From assembly GCA_013239625.1 (NCBI GenBank), contig MU054187.1:8218358-8282357 (forward strand): 64,000 bases of DNA, in the 5' to 3' direction. The first letter of the stretch is position 1. Every line of letters starts with the position of its first letter. The position numbers and the translations under genes were made by a program. The stretch comes from Lama guanicoe. Taxonomy: Eukaryota. Positions 62,101 through 64,000 of the stretch are shown piece by piece. The notes below the pieces were generated by a model. It ran no database searches. It was not told the DNA's origin and saw nothing but the letters and a program-made list of their open reading frames with translations.

Positions 62101-64000
62101 CACTTACTACTCACAGAGACCTAGCTGATCTGACACAGCCCGAGAAGCTCAGCCGGGTATTTCTAAGGGGTCTCTGTAACCTCGCTCACTCACTGCTTCT
62201 GCTGCAGGTAAAAGAAACATCATGCCTAGAAAGCTTACAGACAGGCTCACCAAAACGCAGTGATCACGGGAGCCCAGAGACTTGGAGCGGTCACTGGTGC
62301 CGGCCTCAGGCAGGTCCCAGGCTGATGGATGGTGGACGCGTCACGAACCAGCACAGCTGCACGTCAGACCGAGGTCTGTTTTGTTCACACATGTGTCTCT
62401 ATTCCTTAGCTCTACCTTTTTAGTGCAGATGCTCAAAAGAGGTTTGCCAGAGGACAGACTCATAGCTGGAGCTTGGGGAGACAGCCTGCCTCACTGCAAC
62501 GCAACAACAAGATGTTCATCTTCATTCATAGTTTGAGAAATGCCACTTTTTCAGTCCTGAGAGTCAGTGGACTTAAATAGCAAAGTGACTTGAAGAAGCA
62601 GTTGGTACCTCCCAGAGGCACTTCCAGAGTTGGGGTTCCTCTGCTTTTAGCAAGATGTCACTAACCACTCTTCCAACTAAGTGGGGTCTCAGCTGGTTCA
62701 GCTCAGCTGCTCCAGATCCAATGGAAAAAGCTTCTGCTCTTTCCAGCTCTCACCCTGACTCCAGCAGGGATCCAGGGTCCACCCACCTCTCCTTGGGCTT
62801 AGGACAGTCAGCCAAACGATGTCTCCTGCTAAGACCCTGGGTGTGGATGAGCTGAACTCCTTCCTCAGTGAACCCTGAGGGAAGGGACACCAGCAAAGTC
62901 CCTCATGCAGCCAGTGGGAACCCAGCTGAGACGTCTGCAAGTCTCTGCACTTTCCTGTCACTTGAAGAAGCTTCACTGAGACTCTGGTCTGTTCTACGCA
63001 GCTGCACCTTGCACCCCTCGTCTGGGACCCAGTGGTGCCAGGACCACAGACCCTCAGGCTTCTCGCTAGCGTCCCCATCTCCCAAGTCCAGCAATAGCTC
63101 TCTAGTCTGGGGGGCGGGGGTAAAGCCTAGCCCTCCTCCCTGCCCCCTTAAGATGCTGCATTTCTAGCGCTTAATTCTCCATTTCTCTCAGTCATCCGCT
63201 CCCCAGCACATACCACGCCTTCATTCTCTCCCAAGAGACTTTGATGGACTTTTCATCTAAAGCCCACAAATCAACCTAAAACTAATTCTCTTTTCCTCAA
63301 AGGCAGGGAGAATTTAAACTTCAGTTCTCTCCAGTGCACCACAAAAGGAAGGGGAATTTTTTCATATGAAAATAAGTCTGAACATGCACATCTGGCTGCA
63401 TGCTTAGAAACTGGCCCTCCGTTTTTCTTCCAGGAAGTATGATTCCTGCTCCTTGCCGAGGCGAGCTAGGGCTACAACGCCTGCTTGGGGCTTTGAACAG
63501 AGGCTACCACTGCCTTGGAAAACATACAGTTTGATGGACCAGAAACTAGTCTAAACAGCTCATAGTAGTGCCAGTTTTATCGTGGGCCCTTCTTTTTGAA
63601 AATTTTACCAAGAAAAAAAATCAGAAGCTGTGATCTTACTGACTGTGCCTGAATCTGATGAGCTGTCCTTTGCCTTTTACTCTGAGTCACAAATGTGGTG
63701 TGACTTCGGAGTAGTCCGGGTTCTTTGCAGCTGCTTTTCCACTTGTAAAGTGAAGAACTGACCCCAATGATTTAAAAGTTCTTTTCCTTCCCTAAAATGA
63801 TCTAATCTACACTTCACCAAAAAAGCTTGTGCCAGTGTTCTGGAATGTTCACCACATGCCCACCCAAAAGACAGCCTCTTCATCCACACACACACACGCA
63901 CACAGCTACTGACAAAAAAGTAAAATAGAGGCTATGCTTGATCTTCATAATTGCCCTATTTTTCTAACAGTTTGATTTATTTTTAGAAAACTGTCAACTT

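Noticed and set aside
1..64000. Prokaryotic-style systems (CRISPR arrays, operons, defence islands)
   Set aside because: The sequence is mammalian. There are no regularly spaced repeat-spacer arrays or gene-dense ORF runs.

Overview
This is 64 kb of repeat-rich, non-coding placental-mammal DNA, either intergenic or deep intronic. It is most likely camelid (camel, alpaca or llama), inferred from two Vic-1-type tRNA-derived SINEs with target-site duplications (TSDs). I cannot support any host protein-coding exon. The only recognisable coding sequence is decayed LINE-1 ORF2 (RT motif '[14 protein letters not shown]') in a rearranged L1 at about 7.06-9.23 kb. That L1 has a twin-priming-type 5' inversion, a large internal ORF2 deletion and a nested younger L1 3' fragment. 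The rest is a mosaic of ancient repeats: MIR, L2, CR1/L3, old L1M, MLT1/ERVL LTRs, MER21C, and the DNA transposons MER5, MER20, MER53, MER45A, MER96B, MER2 and Charlie1. Also present are microsatellites, a perfect 99-bp tandem duplication, a small CpG island at about 48.2-48.6 kb and three CTCF-like motifs. I found no convincing novel biological system. The best leads are symmetric substitutions in both arms of a MER53 hairpin, the L1 rearrangement anatomy, and the CTCF/CpG-island layout. Repeat family names come from recalled consensus sequences, and most boundaries are approximate. RepeatMasker/Dfam would be needed to confirm them.
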